Below are positions 19,489 through 32,118 of a stretch of 64,000 bases of DNA, piece by piece (position 1 is the first letter of the stretch; the number at the start of each line of letters is the position of its first letter). The notes beneath the pieces were generated by a model, which was given only the letters and a program-made list of their open reading frames with translations, was not told the DNA's origin and ran no database searches. Source of the DNA: Candidatus Fervidifonticultor secundus (GTDB taxonomy: Bacteria; Sysuimicrobiota; Sysuimicrobiia; Sysuimicrobiales; Humicultoraceae); NCBI GenBank assembly GCA_031459385.1, contig JAVKIP010000011.1, forward strand, positions 25,483 to 89,482. Direction: 5' to 3'. A program made the translations under genes and the position numbers.

Positions 19489-20706
19489 ATGGCCCGCAGC
19501 GGTCTCCGGATCACCCTGCAGGACGGCACGGTGACCACCCCGCGCGGCTTTCGCGCTGCGGGCATCCACTGTGGTATCAAGCCCGACCGGCCCGATCTGG
19601 CCCTGGTGGCGGCCGAGGCGCCTGCCGCGGCGGCCGGGGTGTTCACCACGAACAAGATGCGCTCGGCGCCCGTGATCCTGAGCGAGGCCCGCCTGCGCGC
19701 GGGCCGGGCGCAGGCGGTGGTGATCAACAGCGGCAACGCCAACGCCTGCACGGGCGCCCGCGGCGAGGCCGATGCGCGGGCCATGACCGCGGCGGCTGCG
19801 GCGGCCCTGGGCATCGCCGAGGACCTGGTGCTGGTGGCGAGTACCGGTGTGATCGGCCGGCCGCTGCCCATCGAGGCGATCACGGCGGCGATGCCGCGCC
19901 TGACGGGCGCCCTGGGCGCCGACGGCCTGGCGGCGGCCCGGGCGATCATGACCACCGACGCCTTCCCCAAGACCGCAGCGGCCGCGGTGGCGCTGGGCGA
20001 CGGCACCGTGCACATCGGCGGCATCGCCAAGGGCGCGGGGATGATCCATCCTGACATGGCCACCATGATCGCCGTGCTGACGACCGACGCCGCGGTGGCG
20101 CCGGAGCTGCTGCGCCGCGGCCTGCGCGCCGTGGTGGACCGCACCTTCAACTGCATCAGCGTCGATGGCGATACCAGCACCTCGGACAGCGTCTTCCTGC
20201 TGGCCAGCGGGGCGGCAGACGCACGGCCGATCGAGGCGGTCGACGCGCGGTACGCGGCGTTCACCGACGGCCTGGCGGCCGTGGCGGGCCGCCTGGCGCG
20301 CCTCATCGTGCAGGACGGCGAGGGGACGACCCGGGTCGTCGAGGTCCGGGTGCGGGGAGCGCGCTCCGTCGCCGACGCCCGGCGCGTGGGCAGGGCCGTG
20401 ATGACGTCCCTGCTGGTGAAGACCGCCTTCCACGGGGCCGAGCTGAACTGGGGGCGCCTGGCGGCCGCCGTCGGCCGCAGCGGCGCCGACGTCGACCCCG
20501 GCCGGCTGGCGATCGCCATCGGCGACGTGTGGGTGGTGGAGCGCGGCGTGGGCGTCCCGGAGCGCTACGACGCCGCGGCGCCGCTCCTGCAGGCGTCCGA
20601 GGTGGCCGTCACGCTGGACCTGGGGCTGGGCACCGGCGCGTTCGTCGGATGGACCAGCGACCTGGGCGAGACGTACGTGAAGATCAACAGCGGGTACCTG
20701 ACGTGA
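19489..20706 (+). CDS. argJ: Glutamate N-acetyltransferase/ornithine acetyltransferase
   Basis: NSGNANACTG, ASTGVIG, IMTTD, KGAGMIHPDMAT, DGDTST. Confidence 0.97.
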   Translation: MARSGLRITLQDGTVTTPRGFRAAGIHCGIKPDRPDLALVAAEAPAAAAGVFTTNKMRSAPVILSEARLRAGRAQAVVINSGNANACTGARGEADARAMTAAAAAALGIAEDLVLVASTGVIGRPLPIEAITAAMPRLTGALGADGLAAARAIMTTDAFPKTAAAAVALGDGTVHIGGIAKGAGMIHPDMATMIAVLTTDAAVAPELLRRGLRAVVDRTFNCISVDGDTSTSDSVFLLASGAADARPIEAVDARYAAFTDGLAAVAGRLARLIVQDGEGTTRVVEVRVRGARSVADARRVGRAVMTSLLVKTAFHGAELNWGRLAAAVGRSGADVDPGRLAIAIGDVWVVERGVGVPERYDAAAPLLQASEVAVTLDLGLGTGAFVGWTSDLGETYVKINSGYLT

Positions 20707-21572
20707 CGCTCGTCGACCTGGCCTCCGAGGCGCGGCTGATCGCGGCCGGGGTGCGCTACGCCGCGGCCTGGCGGGGGAAGACGGTGGTCGTCAAGTACGG
20801 CGGCAGCGTCATGGACGCCGGTGCGGCCGGCACCGTCATCGAGGACCTGGTGTTGCTCAAGGCCGCGGGGATCCACCCGGTGCTGGTGCACGGCGGCGGC
20901 CCCGAGATCACGCGGATGCTGGAGCGGGTCGGCAAGCCCACGCGGTTCGTCGACGGCCTGCGCGTCACCGACGAGGAGACGATGGAGATCGTGGAGATGG
21001 TGCTGGCGGGCCGCGCCAACAAGGCGCTGGTCACGCTCATCGGGCAGGCCGGGGGCAGCGCCGTAGGGGTGTCGGGCAAGGACGCCGGCCTGCTCCGGGC
21101 GCGCAGGTGGGAGGGGGCTGCAGACCTCGGGCTCGTGGGCGAGGTCGTCGAGGTGCGCGCCGACCTCCTGCGTACCCTGAGCGAGGCCGGGCACATTCCC
21201 GTGGTCGCCTCCCTCGGCCTGGGCCCGGGCGGCGAGAGCCTGAACCTCAACGCCGACCACGCCGCGGCCGCCCTGGCGGCCGCCGTGGGCGCCAGCAAGC
21301 TCATCATCCTCACCGACGTGCCGGGCGTGATGCGCACGCGGGACGGGACGCCCGCGCTGATCTCCAGCCTCACGGCCGCCGAGGCCAGGGCCTTGATCGC
21401 CGACGGCACGGTATCGCGGGGGATGATCCCCAAGGTCGAGGCGTGCCTGATGACCCTGGAGCGCGGCGTGCCCAGCGCGCACATCATCGGCACCGAGGCG
21501 CCCCATGCCCTGCTGCTGGAGCTGTTCACCGAGGAGGGCATCGGCACCATGATCACGGGAGGGGGACGATGA
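20703..21572 (+). CDS. argB: Acetylglutamate kinase
   Basis: VVKYGGS, VHGGGPEI, GLRVTD, NLNAD, GMIPKV. Confidence 0.97.
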   Translation: MTLVDLASEARLIAAGVRYAAAWRGKTVVVKYGGSVMDAGAAGTVIEDLVLLKAAGIHPVLVHGGGPEITRMLERVGKPTRFVDGLRVTDEETMEIVEMVLAGRANKALVTLIGQAGGSAVGVSGKDAGLLRARRWEGAADLGLVGEVVEVRADLLRTLSEAGHIPVVASLGLGPGGESLNLNADHAAAALAAAVGASKLIILTDVPGVMRTRDGTPALISSLTAAEARALIADGTVSRGMIPKVEACLMTLERGVPSAHIIGTEAPHALLLELFTEEGIGTMITGGGR

Positions 21573-22780
21573 CGACCGACGAGGTGCTGGACCTGACGGG
21601 CCGCTACCTGCTGCCGACCTACCGGCGCGCGCCCGTGGCGTTCGCCTCCGGGCAGGGGGTGTGGCTGTACGACCTGGAGGGCCGGCGGTACCTGGACTTC
21701 ATCGGCGGGATCGCCGTCTGTGCCCTCGGGCACAACCATCCGGCGCTGGTGGCGGCCGTGGCGGACCAGGCGGCGAGGGTGATCCACGTCTCCAACCTGT
21801 TCCACATCGCGGAACAGGCCCGCCTGGCCCAGTGGCTGGTCGAGCACTCGGCGTTCGACCGCGTCTGGTTCTGCAACAGCGGCGCTGAGGCCAACGAGGC
21901 AGCCATCAAGCTGGCGCGCAAGTGGGGCCGGCGGGGTGAGCGCCACCGCTATGAGATCATCGTCGCCCACCAGTCGTTCCACGGCCGGACGATGGGGACC
22001 CTGGCGGCCACGATGCAGCCCAAGTACCAGGAGCCGTTCGCGCCGCTGCTGCCGGGGTTCGTGGCGGTGCCGTTCAACGATCCCGACGCGCTGGCCGGCG
22101 CGACGACCGAGCGCACCGTGGCGGTGATGCTGGAACCGGTGCAGGGCGAAAGCGGCGTCGTGCCCGCCGACCCCGCGTACCTGCAGGCCGCCCGCGAGTG
22201 GTGCACGGCCAACGATCTGCTGCTCATCCTGGACGAGGTCCAGACTGGGATGGGCCGCACGGGCACGCTCTTCGCCTACGAGCAGTACGGCATCGTTCCC
22301 GACATGATGACGCTGGCCAAGGGGCTGGGGGGCGGCGTGCCGATCGGCGCGCTGCTGGTCAGGGAGCACTGCGCCGCCCTGGGCGCCGGGGACCACGGCA
22401 GCACGTTTGGCGGCAACCCGCTGGCGTGCGCCGCAGCCCTGGCCGTGGCGCAGACGATCGTGGCCGCGCGCCTGCCGGAGCGCGCCGGGACCCTGGGCCG
22501 GTACTTCGCCGCTGGCCTGCAGCGGCTCGTGGACCGCGGGCTGGCGCGTGCGGTGCGCGGGCGCGGACTGCTGCTGGCGCTGGAACTGGGGACCGACGCC
22601 GCTCTGGTCGTCGACCGGTGCCGCGCCGAGGGGCTGCTGGCGAACGCGGTCCAGGCGCAGACGCTGCGGTTCGCGCCGCCGCTCATCGTCAGCGAGGAGG
22701 AGATCGACCAGGCGCTGGCCGTCCTGGAGCGCGTGCTGGCCGCGGTGGTCGCCGCCCCTGGGCCGGTCGGGACGACCTGA
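21569..22780 (+). CDS. argD: Acetylornithine aminotransferase
   Basis: CNSGAEANEAA, FHGRT, EPVQGESG, DEVQTG, AKGLGGG. Confidence 0.95.
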   Translation: MTTDEVLDLTGRYLLPTYRRAPVAFASGQGVWLYDLEGRRYLDFIGGIAVCALGHNHPALVAAVADQAARVIHVSNLFHIAEQARLAQWLVEHSAFDRVWFCNSGAEANEAAIKLARKWGRRGERHRYEIIVAHQSFHGRTMGTLAATMQPKYQEPFAPLLPGFVAVPFNDPDALAGATTERTVAVMLEPVQGESGVVPADPAYLQAAREWCTANDLLLILDEVQTGMGRTGTLFAYEQYGIVPDMMTLAKGLGGGVPIGALLVREHCAALGAGDHGSTFGGNPLACAAALAVAQTIVAARLPERAGTLGRYFAAGLQRLVDRGLARAVRGRGLLLALELGTDAALVVDRCRAEGLLANAVQAQTLRFAPPLIVSEEEIDQALAVLERVLAAVVAAPGPVGTT

Positions 22781-22839
22781 CAGACGGCGCGGCGCCGCGG
22801 CGGGAGGGGCCCCGGCTGGCCCCAGAGAGGAGCACGGAA

Positions 22840-24055
22840 GTGACGCAGGTGCGGAAGGTGGCGCTGGCCTACTCAGGCGGGCTCGACACGTCGGTGGCGA
22901 TTCCCTGGTTGCGCGAGACCTACGGCTGCGAGGTCATCGCCGTCATCGTCGATGTCGGCCAGGGCGAAGACCTGGAGGCGACCCGGGCCAAAGCGGTCGC
23001 CTCGGGCGCCGCAGCGGCGCACGTCATCGACGTGCGCCGCACGTTCGTCACCGACTTCATCGTGCCCATGGTGCAGGCCGGTGCGGTCTACGAGGGCCGC
23101 TATCTGCTCGGCACGGCGCTCGCCCGGCCGCTCATCGCCAAGACGCAGGTCGAGGTGGCGCTGGCCGAGGGGTGTGACGCCCTGGCCCACGGGTGCACGG
23201 GGAAGGGCAACGATCAGGTCCGGTTCGAGCTGGCGTACCAGGCGCTGGCGCCGGGTCTGAAGGTCATCGCGCCGTGGCGGGAGTGGCCGATCCGCTCGCG
23301 CGAGCAGGCCATGGCCTACGCCGAACGGTACGGCATTCCGGTGCCGGCCAGCCGGGAGAAGCCCTACAGCGTCGACCGGAACCTCTGGCACTGCAGCAGC
23401 GAGGCCGGCATCCTGGAGGACATCTGGGCCGAGCCGCCGGCGGACCTGTACCAGTACACGGCCGACCCGTGCACCGCGCCCGCCGAGCCCGAGTACGTCG
23501 AGATCGACTTCGAGGAGGGGCGCCCGGTGGGCCTGAACGGCCAGCGCACCGATGCGCTGGCCCTGATGGAGCGGCTCAACGCGCTGGGCGGCCGCCACGG
23601 CGTCGGCCGGGTGGACATGGTGGAGAACCGGCTGGTAGGGATGAAGACGCGGGGAGTCTACGAGACCCCCGGCGGCACCGTCCTGATGGCGGCGCACCGC
23701 GACCTGGAGGCGATCACGGTGGAGCGCGAGTGCGCCCACTTCAAGCTCCAGATCGCTCATCGCTACGCCGAGCTGATCTACTACGGCCAGTGGTTCTCAC
23801 CGCTGCGCCAGGCGCTGGACGCGTTCGTGGGGGCCACGCAGCGCACGGTCACGGGCACGGTGCGCCTGCGTCTCTACCGCGGCACCGCGCTGCCGGTGGG
23901 CCGGCGCTCGCCCGTGTCGCTGTACAACCCCGCGCTGGCCACGTTCGAGGCGGACGATGTCTACGACCACCGGGACGCGGGCGCGTTCATCCGGCTGTTC
24001 GGGCTGCCCACGCGCGTCTTCGCCCAGGTCAACCCGCATCTGATCCGTGCCCTGC

Positions 24056-24072
<17 letters not shown>
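22840..24072 (+). CDS. argG: Argininosuccinate synthase
   Basis: LAYSGGLDTS, HGCTGKGNDQVRFE, ENRLVGMKTRGVYE; AGAGGAG SD. Confidence 0.98.
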
Positions 24073-25534
<1,462 letters not shown>

Positions 25535-25539
25535 GCGCC

Positions 25540-25992
25540 GTGCACCGGCGCGCGCAGCGCATCTTCGAGATCATCGCCCGCACGCCGATCGCGACCCAGG
25601 AGGAACTGGTGCGGGCGCTGCGCGCCCGCGGGATTCGCGTGACCCAGGCCACGGTGTCACGGGACATCAAGCGGCTGGGGCTGGTGAAGGTCCCCACGGG
25701 CGATGGCTCCTACCGCTACGCGGCGCCCGGGGCGACACCGCCGCCGGGCGAGGAGGTGCGGCGCAGGCTCCAGCGGGCCTTCGCCGACTACGTCACGGCG
25801 GTCGAGGAGGGCAGTGGGCTGGTGCTGGTCAAGACGGCCGACGGCAGCGCCGGCCCGGTAGCCGAGGCCATCGACGACGCGGCGTGGCCCGAGGTCGCCG
25901 GCACTGTCGCTGGCGACAACACCATCATCGTCGTCCCCCGCCTGGCCCGCCACCGGGCCGTCGTCCTGCGGCGGCTCCGCAGCCTGCTCTAG
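25540..25992 (+). CDS. argR: Arginine repressor
   Basis: TQEELV, VTQATVSRDIK, GTVAGDNT. Confidence 0.95.
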   Translation: MHRRAQRIFEIIARTPIATQEELVRALRARGIRVTQATVSRDIKRLGLVKVPTGDGSYRYAAPGATPPPGEEVRRRLQRAFADYVTAVEEGSGLVLVKTADGSAGPVAEAIDDAAWPEVAGTVAGDNTIIVVPRLARHRAVVLRRLRSLL

Positions 25993-26086
25993 CCTCCCGC
26001 CGACGCCCGGCTCCGCGGTCCGGCCACGCCTCGGGCAGAGGATGGGTCACGCCCCCGCCGAAGGGTATAGAGATCGGGGGAACCGC

Positions 26087-27070
26087 GTGAGAGAACCCGC
26101 GTCCCAGCAGGCGACGGTCCAGTTGCCCTCCGGGCCGGCGGCCGTGGCCGTTCTCGGCCAGCAGGACCTGCTGCTGGCCATGGTGGAGGAGGAGGTGGGA
26201 GCTTCGGTTCACGTCCGCGGTGACACCCTGGTCATCCGCGGGACCGCCGCCCAGGTCGACCGGGCGACGCGCGTCTTCGAGGAACTCATCGGCCTGGCTG
26301 CCGCCGGCCATACGCTGACGCCTGCGGACCTGCGCCGCCTGCTGCGCGCCGATGCGCCGGCTACGGCCGTGCGCGCGGCTGGAGACGTGCTGTTACAGAC
26401 GCCCAGCGGCAAGCCGATCGCCCCGCGCACTCCTGGCCAGGCAGCGTATGTCGACGCGATCCGCTCCCACGATCTGACGTTCGCGATCGGGCCGGCTGGC
26501 ACGGGCAAGACCTACCTGGCCGTGGCCATGGCCGTGGTGGCGCTGCGCGCCCGCGCCGTCCAGCGCATCGTCCTGACCCGGCCGGCCGTGGAAGCGGGCG
26601 AGCGGCTGGGGTTCCTGCCAGGGGACATCGCGGCCAAGGTGGACCCCTACCTGCGGCCGCTGTACGACGCGCTGTACGAGATGCTGGGGCCCGAGCGGTT
26701 CACCCGGCTGTCGGAGCGGGGCGTCATCGAGGTCGTGCCGCTGGCGTTCATGCGGGGCCGGACCCTGAACGACGCGTTCATCATCCTCGACGAGGCGCAG
26801 AATACGACCCACGAGCAGATGAAGATGTTCCTGACGCGCATGGGGTTCGGGTCGCGGGCGGTGGTCACCGGCGATATCACGCAGATCGACCTGCCCCGCG
26901 ACCGGGTCTCGGGGCTGGTCGAAGCCCGCGAGATCTTCCGTGGCCTGGAGGGCATCGCGTTCGTGGAGCTGCGCGAAAGCGACGTCGTGCGCCACGAGCT
27001 GGTCCAGACCATCGTGCGCGCCTACGAGCGCTACGAGATGACGCGGGGGTCTGGCGGAGGTTCTGCCTGA
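26087..27070 (+). CDS. phoH: PhoH family ATPase
   Basis: [43 protein letters not shown]. Confidence 0.95.
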   Translation: MREPASQQATVQLPSGPAAVAVLGQQDLLLAMVEEEVGASVHVRGDTLVIRGTAAQVDRATRVFEELIGLAAAGHTLTPADLRRLLRADAPATAVRAAGDVLLQTPSGKPIAPRTPGQAAYVDAIRSHDLTFAIGPAGTGKTYLAVAMAVVALRARAVQRIVLTRPAVEAGERLGFLPGDIAAKVDPYLRPLYDALYEMLGPERFTRLSERGVIEVVPLAFMRGRTLNDAFIILDEAQNTTHEQMKMFLTRMGFGSRAVVTGDITQIDLPRDRVSGLVEAREIFRGLEGIAFVELRESDVVRHELVQTIVRAYERYEMTRGSGGGSA

Positions 27071-29181
27071 TGGCCCGCAGCGCCCCGCGGGCTGTGGCCG
27101 GCCCGCGCCGCCTGGCGTGGGCGCGCCGCGTGGGGATCGGCCTCGGCACACTCGTGGGGCTCGTGGCCATCATCGGCGTGGACTACCTTCCGCCCCGGCT
27201 GGACCTCCAGCCCGGCCAGCCGAGCCCGCGCGACATCCGGGCGCCCCGCACCGTCGAGTTCGAAGACGACGTCCGGACCGAGGCGCTGCGGGCCGAGGCG
27301 ATGCGCGCGGTGCCGCCGGTCCTGCGGCACGTGCCCACCGAGGTGGCCGCGGCACGCCAGGCCGTGGCCCGGGCGTTTGCGGCCGTTCTGGATGTACGTG
27401 CGCGCAGCCGCTTCGCGTCGGTCGTCGCCGGGATGGCGGCGATGCGGGCCGCGGCGGCACTTCCCCTCTCCGATGTCGCGGCCCGCGCCGCAGCCACGGC
27501 GCCGCGCACCCAGCTGGCGCGAGCGGCGAAGGTCGCCGAGGCCGCGGTGGACCAGGCCCTGGCTGCCGGCGTCCGGGTCGAGGATCTGACCATGGCCCGC
27601 GAGCGTGCCCGGCAGGCGGTGCGCGATGGCGGCCTGCCGGTCGACCTGCGGGCCCTGGCCGCGGAGGTCGCCGCCGCGGCGGTGCGCCCGACCATGGAGG
27701 TGGACCAGGGCAGGACTGCGGCGGCGCGCCTGGCTGCCGCGAGTGCCGTCCCGCCGGTTCGCGTCCGGCTCGAGCGCGGGCAGATCATCGTGCGCGACGG
27801 CGACGTCGTGACGCCCGCGCACCTGCGCATGCTGGCTGCGGCCGGGCTCTACCCGCCGCGCGTGAGCTGGGCGGGGGTGGGCGGGGTGGCGGTCGTCGCG
27901 GCCCTGGTCCTGGTCGCGACCGGCGCGTACCTGTGGCAGTACCAGCCGGAGATCTGGACCAGCGAGCGCTTGCTCGTGGTTTGGAGCCTGATCGTCCTCC
28001 TCACCGTGTTCCTGAGCCAGGCGCTGGGCGCGCCGCGCTTCAGCAACTTCCTGGCGCCGTCGGCCATGGGTGCCATGCTGCTGGGCATTCTGCTCCGACG
28101 CCGGCTGGCACTCTTCTCGTCCGCCACGGTCGCGGTGCTGGTGGGGCTGGCCTCCCAGCGCGACCTGGCGTCCGCCGTCGTTGCGTTCCTGGGCGGCCTG
28201 GCCGGCGTGTTCGCGACGCGCCAGATCCACCGCCGGTCCGACTTCGGGCTGGCCGGGCTCGTGGTGGGCGCCACCAACGCCGTGGCCATCCTGGGCATGG
28301 GGCTGGCCGAGGGCCTTGAGGTCTACCCCGCACTGGTAGTGGCGAGCGCGTGGGGCGTGGCCGGCGGGCTCCTCTCGGGCGTGGCGGCCATCGGCGTGCT
28401 GCCATTCATCGAGCAGCTCTTTGGGCTCGTCACGCCCATCAAGTTGCTGGAGCTGGGCAACCCCGCCCACCCGCTGCTGCGACGGCTGCAGCTGGAAGCC
28501 CCCGGCACCTATCACCACAGCATCATGGTCAGCAACCTGGCCGAGGCGGCGGCGGAGGCCGTGGGCGCCGACGCGCTGCTGGCGCGCATCGGGACGTACT
28601 ACCACGACGTGGGCAAGCTGCGCCGACCGGCCTTCTTCGTGGAGAACCAGATGGGCGTCGACAACCCCCACGAGAAGATGACCCCGAGCCTCTCGGCCCT
28701 CACCGTGGCGGCGCACGTGCGCGACGGGCTGGACCTGGCCCGCGAGTACGGCCTGCCGCCGGTGATCCAGGAGTTCATCGCGCAGCACCACGGCACCACC
28801 CGCCTGACGTACTTCTACCATCAGGCCCTCGAGCGCGGGGACGCGGTAGACGAGGCGGCCTTCCGGTACGAGGGGCCCAGGCCCCAGACGCCGGAGACGG
28901 CGATCCTCATGCTGGCCGATGCGGCAGAGGCCGCCGTCCGCTCGCTGCCCCGCCCCACGCCCGACCGGCTGGAGGAAGCGGTGCGCAAGATTATCCGTGA
29001 GAAGCTGGAGGACGGCCAGCTGGACGAGTGCGGGCTCACGTTCCGCGACCTCGACCGCATCGCCGGCGCGTTCGTGCGCATCCTTTCGGGCATCCTGCAC
29101 CCGCGGGTCGAGTACCCGGATCTGGAGCGCGAGCTCCAGCGCCGGCGGCCCGAGCGGGTGGCGCGGCTGCGATGGCGCTAG
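27070..29181 (+). CDS. 7TM-HD (HDIG) phosphohydrolase, PgpH-like cyclic-di-AMP phosphodiesterase
   Basis: Extracellular domain plus ~7 TM; EAPGTYHHS, YYHDVGK, FVENQ, QHHGT, FRYEGPRPQ, MLAD; phoH-HD-ybeY context. Confidence 0.9.
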   Translation: MARSAPRAVAGPRRLAWARRVGIGLGTLVGLVAIIGVDYLPPRLDLQPGQPSPRDIRAPRTVEFEDDVRTEALRAEAMRAVPPVLRHVPTEVAAARQAVARAFAAVLDVRARSRFASVVAGMAAMRAAAALPLSDVAARAAATAPRTQLARAAKVAEAAVDQALAAGVRVEDLTMARERARQAVRDGGLPVDLRALAAEVAAAAVRPTMEVDQGRTAAARLAAASAVPPVRVRLERGQIIVRDGDVVTPAHLRMLAAAGLYPPRVSWAGVGGVAVVAALVLVATGAYLWQYQPEIWTSERLLVVWSLIVLLTVFLSQALGAPRFSNFLAPSAMGAMLLGILLRRRLALFSSATVAVLVGLASQRDLASAVVAFLGGLAGVFATRQIHRRSDFGLAGLVVGATNAVAILGMGLAEGLEVYPALVVASAWGVAGGLLSGVAAIGVLPFIEQLFGLVTPIKLLELGNPAHPLLRRLQLEAPGTYHHSIMVSNLAEAAAEAVGADALLARIGTYYHDVGKLRRPAFFVENQMGVDNPHEKMTPSLSALTVAAHVRDGLDLAREYGLPPVIQEFIAQHHGTTRLTYFYHQALERGDAVDEAAFRYEGPRPQTPETAILMLADAAEAAVRSLPRPTPDRLEEAVRKIIREKLEDGQLDECGLTFRDLDRIAGAFVRILSGILHPRVEYPDLERELQRRRPERVARLRWR

Positions 29182-29224
29182 TGGCGCCGGCCAGTCGGGT
29201 CCGGCGCGTTCGGCGGGCGTGACC

Positions 29225-29680
29225 ATGCGCGTCCACCTCGTGACCCACCGCGTACGGAGCGGCGTCCCGCGCCAGGTCGTGGCGGCGGCGGCCCGGGCGG
29301 CGTTGCGGGCCACGCGGGCCCCGGCGGCCACCGAGGTGGAGGTCGCTCTGGTGGACGACGCGACGATCGCGCGCCTGAATCGTCGCTACCTGGGGCATCG
29401 CGGCCCCACCGACGTGCTGACGTTTCCGGGCGACAGTTCGCCGGTGCTGGGCGAGATCGTGGTGTCAGTGGAGCGTGCCCGGGCCCAGGCGGCCGCGCTG
29501 GGGCACGGGCTGTGGCGCGAGGTCGCCCTGCTGGTGATCCACGGCGTGCTGCACCTGCGCGGCTACGACGACCGGACGCATGCCGGCGCGGCCCGCATGC
29601 ACCGCCGCGCCCACGCGATCCTGGCCACCCTCCGGCGGACCGGGGCGGCGCGGATGCGGCCGCCGCGGGGACGCCGGTGA
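29225..29680 (+). CDS. ybeY: rRNA maturation RNase YbeY
   Basis: LNRRY..PTDVLTF, LGEIVVS, HGVLHLRGYD. Confidence 0.93.
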   Translation: MRVHLVTHRVRSGVPRQVVAAAARAALRATRAPAATEVEVALVDDATIARLNRRYLGHRGPTDVLTFPGDSSPVLGEIVVSVERARAQAAALGHGLWREVALLVIHGVLHLRGYDDRTHAGAARMHRRAHAILATLRRTGAARMRPPRGRR

Positions 29681-30153
29681 GGCACTCGCTCTGGCAGAGC
29701 CTGCAGTTCGCCGGGCGCGGGTTGCGCGACGGGTGGCGCTCGCAGCGGACGATGCGCGTGCACGTGGCCGCCGCTCTGGTCGTGGCCGGGGCGATCCTGT
29801 GGCTCGACGTCGCGCCGGCGGAGACGGCGGTGCTGCTGGTGACCGTGGCGGCGGTGCTGGCCGCCGAGCTGTTCAACACCGCGGTGGAGGTCCTGGTGGA
29901 CCTCGTTGTTGGCGAGCAGCACCACGACCTCGCCCAGCGCGCCAAGGATCTCAGCGCCGCGGCCGTGCTCGTGACCGCCGTCGCCGCAGCCGGGGTCGGC
30001 CTCCTCGTGCTCGCAGGCCCGGCGCTGGCGGCGCTGCGCCGCGGCGCGCTCACCGGTCAGGCGACCGCGCGCCTGCTGGCCGCGGCGCTGCTGGTGGCGC
30101 TGGCGGCGGCGGTGGTGCGCGCGGCACGGCGCCCGTCGCCTGTGGTAGAATAA
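29677..30153 (+). CDS. dgkA: Diacylglycerol/undecaprenol kinase family
   Basis: AELFNTAVEVLVDL, AKDLSAAAVL; GTGA overlap with ybeY. Confidence 0.9.
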   Translation: MRHSLWQSLQFAGRGLRDGWRSQRTMRVHVAAALVVAGAILWLDVAPAETAVLLVTVAAVLAAELFNTAVEVLVDLVVGEQHHDLAQRAKDLSAAAVLVTAVAAAGVGLLVLAGPALAALRRGALTGQATARLLAAALLVALAAAVVRAARRPSPVVE

Positions 30154-30204
30154 CATCTCGAGCGCGTTGGGCCGTCCTGGCCCAGAAGGCAGGCACGACC
30201 TCGG

Positions 30205-31500
30205 GTGGACGCGTCACGTGCGGGGCTGGGTGCGTACAGTGTCGAGCTGGTCATCCTCGGGCTGCTGGTAGCGCTCGCTGCGTTCTTCTCGGGGGCCGAG
30301 ACCGCGCTCCTGACGGCCAACCGGCTGCGGCTGCGCCGCCTCCAGGAGGAAGGCAGCGGGCGCGCGCGGACGGCGCTGCGCCTGCTCGAGCACCCGGCAC
30401 GGCTGCTGTCCACGCTGCTCATCGGCAACAGCATCGCGACCATCGCGGCGGCCGTGGTGGCTACCGCGATCCTGATCCGCCTCCTGGGGGCCGAGCGCGG
30501 TCCGCTCTACGCGTTCATGGCCACGACGCTGGTCGTGCTGATCGTCGCCGAGATTGCGCCCAAGACCGTCGCGGCCCACCACGCCGACCGCCTGGCCATG
30601 TGGGTCGCGCCGCCGCTGCGGGCGCTGGTCTGGCTGCTGGCACCGGTGGTGCGGGTGATCTCCCTTTTCGCGAGCTTCCTGGTGCGGCCCTTCGGGGGCC
30701 GCGTGCAGCCCGATGCCCCCATGGTCACGCAGGAGGAGATCCAGCTCCTGGTGCGCATGGGCGAGGAGCAGGGGGTCCTGGAGCAGGACGAGCGCGAGAT
30801 GATCCACTCCATCTTCCAGTTCGGCGACACGGTGGTGCGCGAGGTCATGACGCCCCGCATCGACATGGTGTGCGTCGAAGCCGACGCGCCGGTCGAGGCG
30901 CTGCTGGACGTCGTGCGCGAACACGGCTATTCCCGTGTCCCGGTCTACAGTGACACCGTCGACCAGATCGTTGGCGTGGTGCACGTGAAGGACCTGCTGA
31001 CGGCCTCGCGGCAGGGGACGCTGCGGGGCGCGGCGCACGAGTTCGCGCGCCCGGCCTACTTCGTCCCGGACAGCAAGCGGCTTGACGATCTCTTCCGGGA
31101 GATGCGCCGCAAGAAGGTGCACATGGCCATCGTGGTGGACGAGTACGGGGGGACCGCCGGACTGGTCACGATCGAGGACCTGCTGGAAGAGATCGTGGGG
31201 CCCATCCAGGACGAGTACGACGCCGAGGAGCCGCCGATCCGCATGGTGGACGAGCGGGTCGCCCTGGTGGACGGGCGCGTGCACCTGGAAGAGGTCAACG
31301 CGGCCCTGGGCCTCGACCTGCCGGCGGGCGAGGTGGACTCGCTGGGCGGCTTCGTCTACAGTCTGCTCGGGCACGTGCCGGCACAGGGTGAGCGCGTGAC
31401 GTACGATGGCGTGGAACTGGCCGTCGAGCGCGTCGACGGCAACCGGATCGCGCTGGTCAAGGTGACCAAGGCCGAGCCTGCCGCCACGGCCCAGGATTGA
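30205..31500 (+). CDS. Hemolysin/CNNM-CBS-CorC family transporter
   Basis: AFFSGAETA, EIAPKT, VREVMTPR, YSRVPV, VDEYGGTAGLVTIEDLLEEIVG. Confidence 0.93.
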   Translation: MDASRAGLGAYSVELVILGLLVALAAFFSGAETALLTANRLRLRRLQEEGSGRARTALRLLEHPARLLSTLLIGNSIATIAAAVVATAILIRLLGAERGPLYAFMATTLVVLIVAEIAPKTVAAHHADRLAMWVAPPLRALVWLLAPVVRVISLFASFLVRPFGGRVQPDAPMVTQEEIQLLVRMGEEQGVLEQDEREMIHSIFQFGDTVVREVMTPRIDMVCVEADAPVEALLDVVREHGYSRVPVYSDTVDQIVGVVHVKDLLTASRQGTLRGAAHEFARPAYFVPDSKRLDDLFREMRRKKVHMAIVVDEYGGTAGLVTIEDLLEEIVGPIQDEYDAEEPPIRMVDERVALVDGRVHLEEVNAALGLDLPAGEVDSLGGFVYSLLGHVPAQGERVTYDGVELAVERVDGNRIALVKVTKAEPAATAQD

Positions 31501-32118
31501 ATGCGCGCGCGGCTCCGGACCTATCTCATCGCCGGCCTGCTGGTCGTGCTGCCCGTGGCCGTCACCGTGGCGGTCCTGCGGTGGCTGTTCCGGGTGCTGG
31601 ACAGCGTGCTGGCGCCTGTTTTTGCCCTGGCGGGCCTGCGCGTGCCGGGCCTGGGGCTGCTGGCCGGCGTGGCGCTCATCCTCGTGGCCGGGGCCATGGC
31701 CAGCAACGTCCTGGGGCGCCGGCTGGTCGAGGCCTTCGACCGAGTGATGCTCCGGATTCCGCTTGCCCGGTCGGTGTACGCCGCCACCAAGCAACTGGCC
31801 GACTCGATCTTGCACCCCAACCGCATGGCGCTCAAGGAAGCCGTCCTGATCGAGTGGCCGCGCAAAGGGCTCTACACCGTCGGCTTCCTCACCGGCGAAG
31901 CGCGGGGCGAGATCCGGGCCGTGGCCGGCGAGCGCATCGTGAACGTCTTCGTCATGACCACCCCGAACCCCACCAGCGGGTTCGTGTGCCTGGTGCCCGA
32001 GAGCCAGGTCGTCAGGCTCCAGATGCCCATCGAGGACGCGCTGAAGCTGGTGGTCTCGGGTGGCATCGTGGTCCCGCCCGAGGCGGGCCAGCCCGTGGCG
32101 GCGCGCCGGTTCGAATGA
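31501..32118 (+). CDS. DUF502 membrane protein
   Basis: IAGLLVVLP, RIPLARSVY, TTPNPTSGF, ALKLVVSGG. Confidence 0.9.
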   Translation: MRARLRTYLIAGLLVVLPVAVTVAVLRWLFRVLDSVLAPVFALAGLRVPGLGLLAGVALILVAGAMASNVLGRRLVEAFDRVMLRIPLARSVYAATKQLADSILHPNRMALKEAVLIEWPRKGLYTVGFLTGEARGEIRAVAGERIVNVFVMTTPNPTSGFVCLVPESQVVRLQMPIEDALKLVVSGGIVVPPEAGQPVAARRFE